NCBI GenBank assembly: GCA_048213135.1
Contig: PS015053.1
Location: 100,526-135,754, forward strand
DNA: 35,229 bases
DNA from: Reclinomonas americana ATCC 50394
Taxonomy: Eukaryota
Direction of reading: 5' to 3'
Shown: one piece after another, positions 34,801 through 35,229 of the stretch
How positions within the stretch are numbered: position 1 is the stretch's first letter
How the letters are laid out: the number at the start of each line of letters is the position of its first letter
The notes under the pieces: model-generated
The model's database searches: none
What the model saw: only the letters and a program-made list of their open reading frames with translations
Told to the model about the DNA's origin: nothing
Program-made: the position numbers and the translations under genes

Positions 34801-34942
34801 AGCGGATCCGGATGCAGAAGGTGCTGTGAATATTCATGCAATGGTAGCGGAAGTGGCACCAAATGCGGTGCTAGTGGCGCCGGCACTCGCTGTAGCAGAC
34901 GAACTGCCGGCGGTGATGCCGGTGATGAATCGATACGAGTAG
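28889..34942 (+). CDS. Multidomain protein: ~10 ankyrin repeats, long coiled coil, DZIP3/hRUL138-type HEPN domain, TKL-like protein kinase, Ala/Val-rich tail
   Basis: Phase-consistent exons: 28889-28920 (start uncertain), 29023-29622, 29704-30259, 30336-30969, 32133-32475, 32543-32689, 32753-33023, 33113-33287, 33347-33463, 33520-33685, 33749-33984, 34144-34283, 34369-34566, 34640-34942 (TAG). ANK motifs: WTPLMAAAEKGHLHVVQWLL and STALHFAAAQGHEAIVRLL. Kinase motifs: VAYK, alphaC Glu (CDNE), HRDLKPEN, CDFG, GTPAYAAPE, DVYGLG. Confidence 0.85.
32543..33287 (+). other. Putative HEPN RNase domain (DZIP3-like), spanning three exons
   Basis: First helix RIWLLSEVVHEIIPRALGALLRQLV. ADMDVTLVSTLLLY matches the family motif fDiTLl..Ll. 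AVKHLRDVRHRLSH contains R-H-x3-H at 33143-33160, followed by SSLDDLEYLNVMRLVRDSLDML (family pattern ..l....f...w..i...l..L). Confidence 0.68.
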
Positions 34943-34996
34943 CCTTACAATGCAAGCTGCGGTTTTTGCCAAATTGTTTTTTTTTGTGTAATCATG

Positions 34997-35002
34997 AATA
35001 AA
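34997..35002 (+). promoter_or_regulatory. AATAAA polyadenylation signal candidate for the ANK-HEPN-kinase gene
   Basis: AATAAA 55 nt after the stop codon, in a T-rich context and followed by TTTGTTTG. Confidence 0.5.
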
Positions 35003-35229
35003 TTATTTGTTTGCTGCCGACTGGCAGGCGCGCGCTGAGGGCTTCAGCTACTGCACAAATTGTGACCAAGTCAACAAAATCGGGAAAACGATCCAGGCGC
35101 ATTAAAACTCGACTTTAAATCTAACCAAGCAACGTTACAGACACCGCCAGGCGGCTTGCATTCCAAACGACAGTCATGATGGTGCAGGACACCGCGAAGT
35201 GGCGCCTCAAATTTGTTCAAAACACACAC

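Noticed and set aside
35177-35229. Possible start of another gene (ATGATGGTGCAGGAC)
   Set aside because: Too short at the window edge to support.

Overview
Gapped eukaryotic scaffold, most likely a GC-rich protist, with intron-rich genes whose introns are full of (GA/CT)n, (CA/GT)n and (GAA)n microsatellites. Most entries in the ORF track are repeat or gap artefacts. By joining exons by hand with splice-phase matching I recover six genes. (1) An LCM-family SAM methyltransferase with a mitochondrial-type presequence (-). (2) A divergent, C-terminally short Vps41 (-). (3) A bacterial-type fatty-acid hydroxylase/sterol desaturase (+). (4) A long low-complexity protein ending in an Sds3-like coiled coil (+). 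(5) A type II membrane exostosin/RXYLT1-like glycosyltransferase (-). (6) A multidomain ankyrin - coiled-coil - DZIP3-type HEPN (RHxxxH intact) - protein kinase gene (+). Two things stand out. Gene 6 carries the RNase L parts list (ANK sensor, HEPN-class RNase, kinase) in a different order. About 40% of the reconstructed introns (18 of 44) use an atypical, one-base-shifted 5' splice site, mostly A|GTTGCG. All family calls come from motif recognition by eye; no searches were run.
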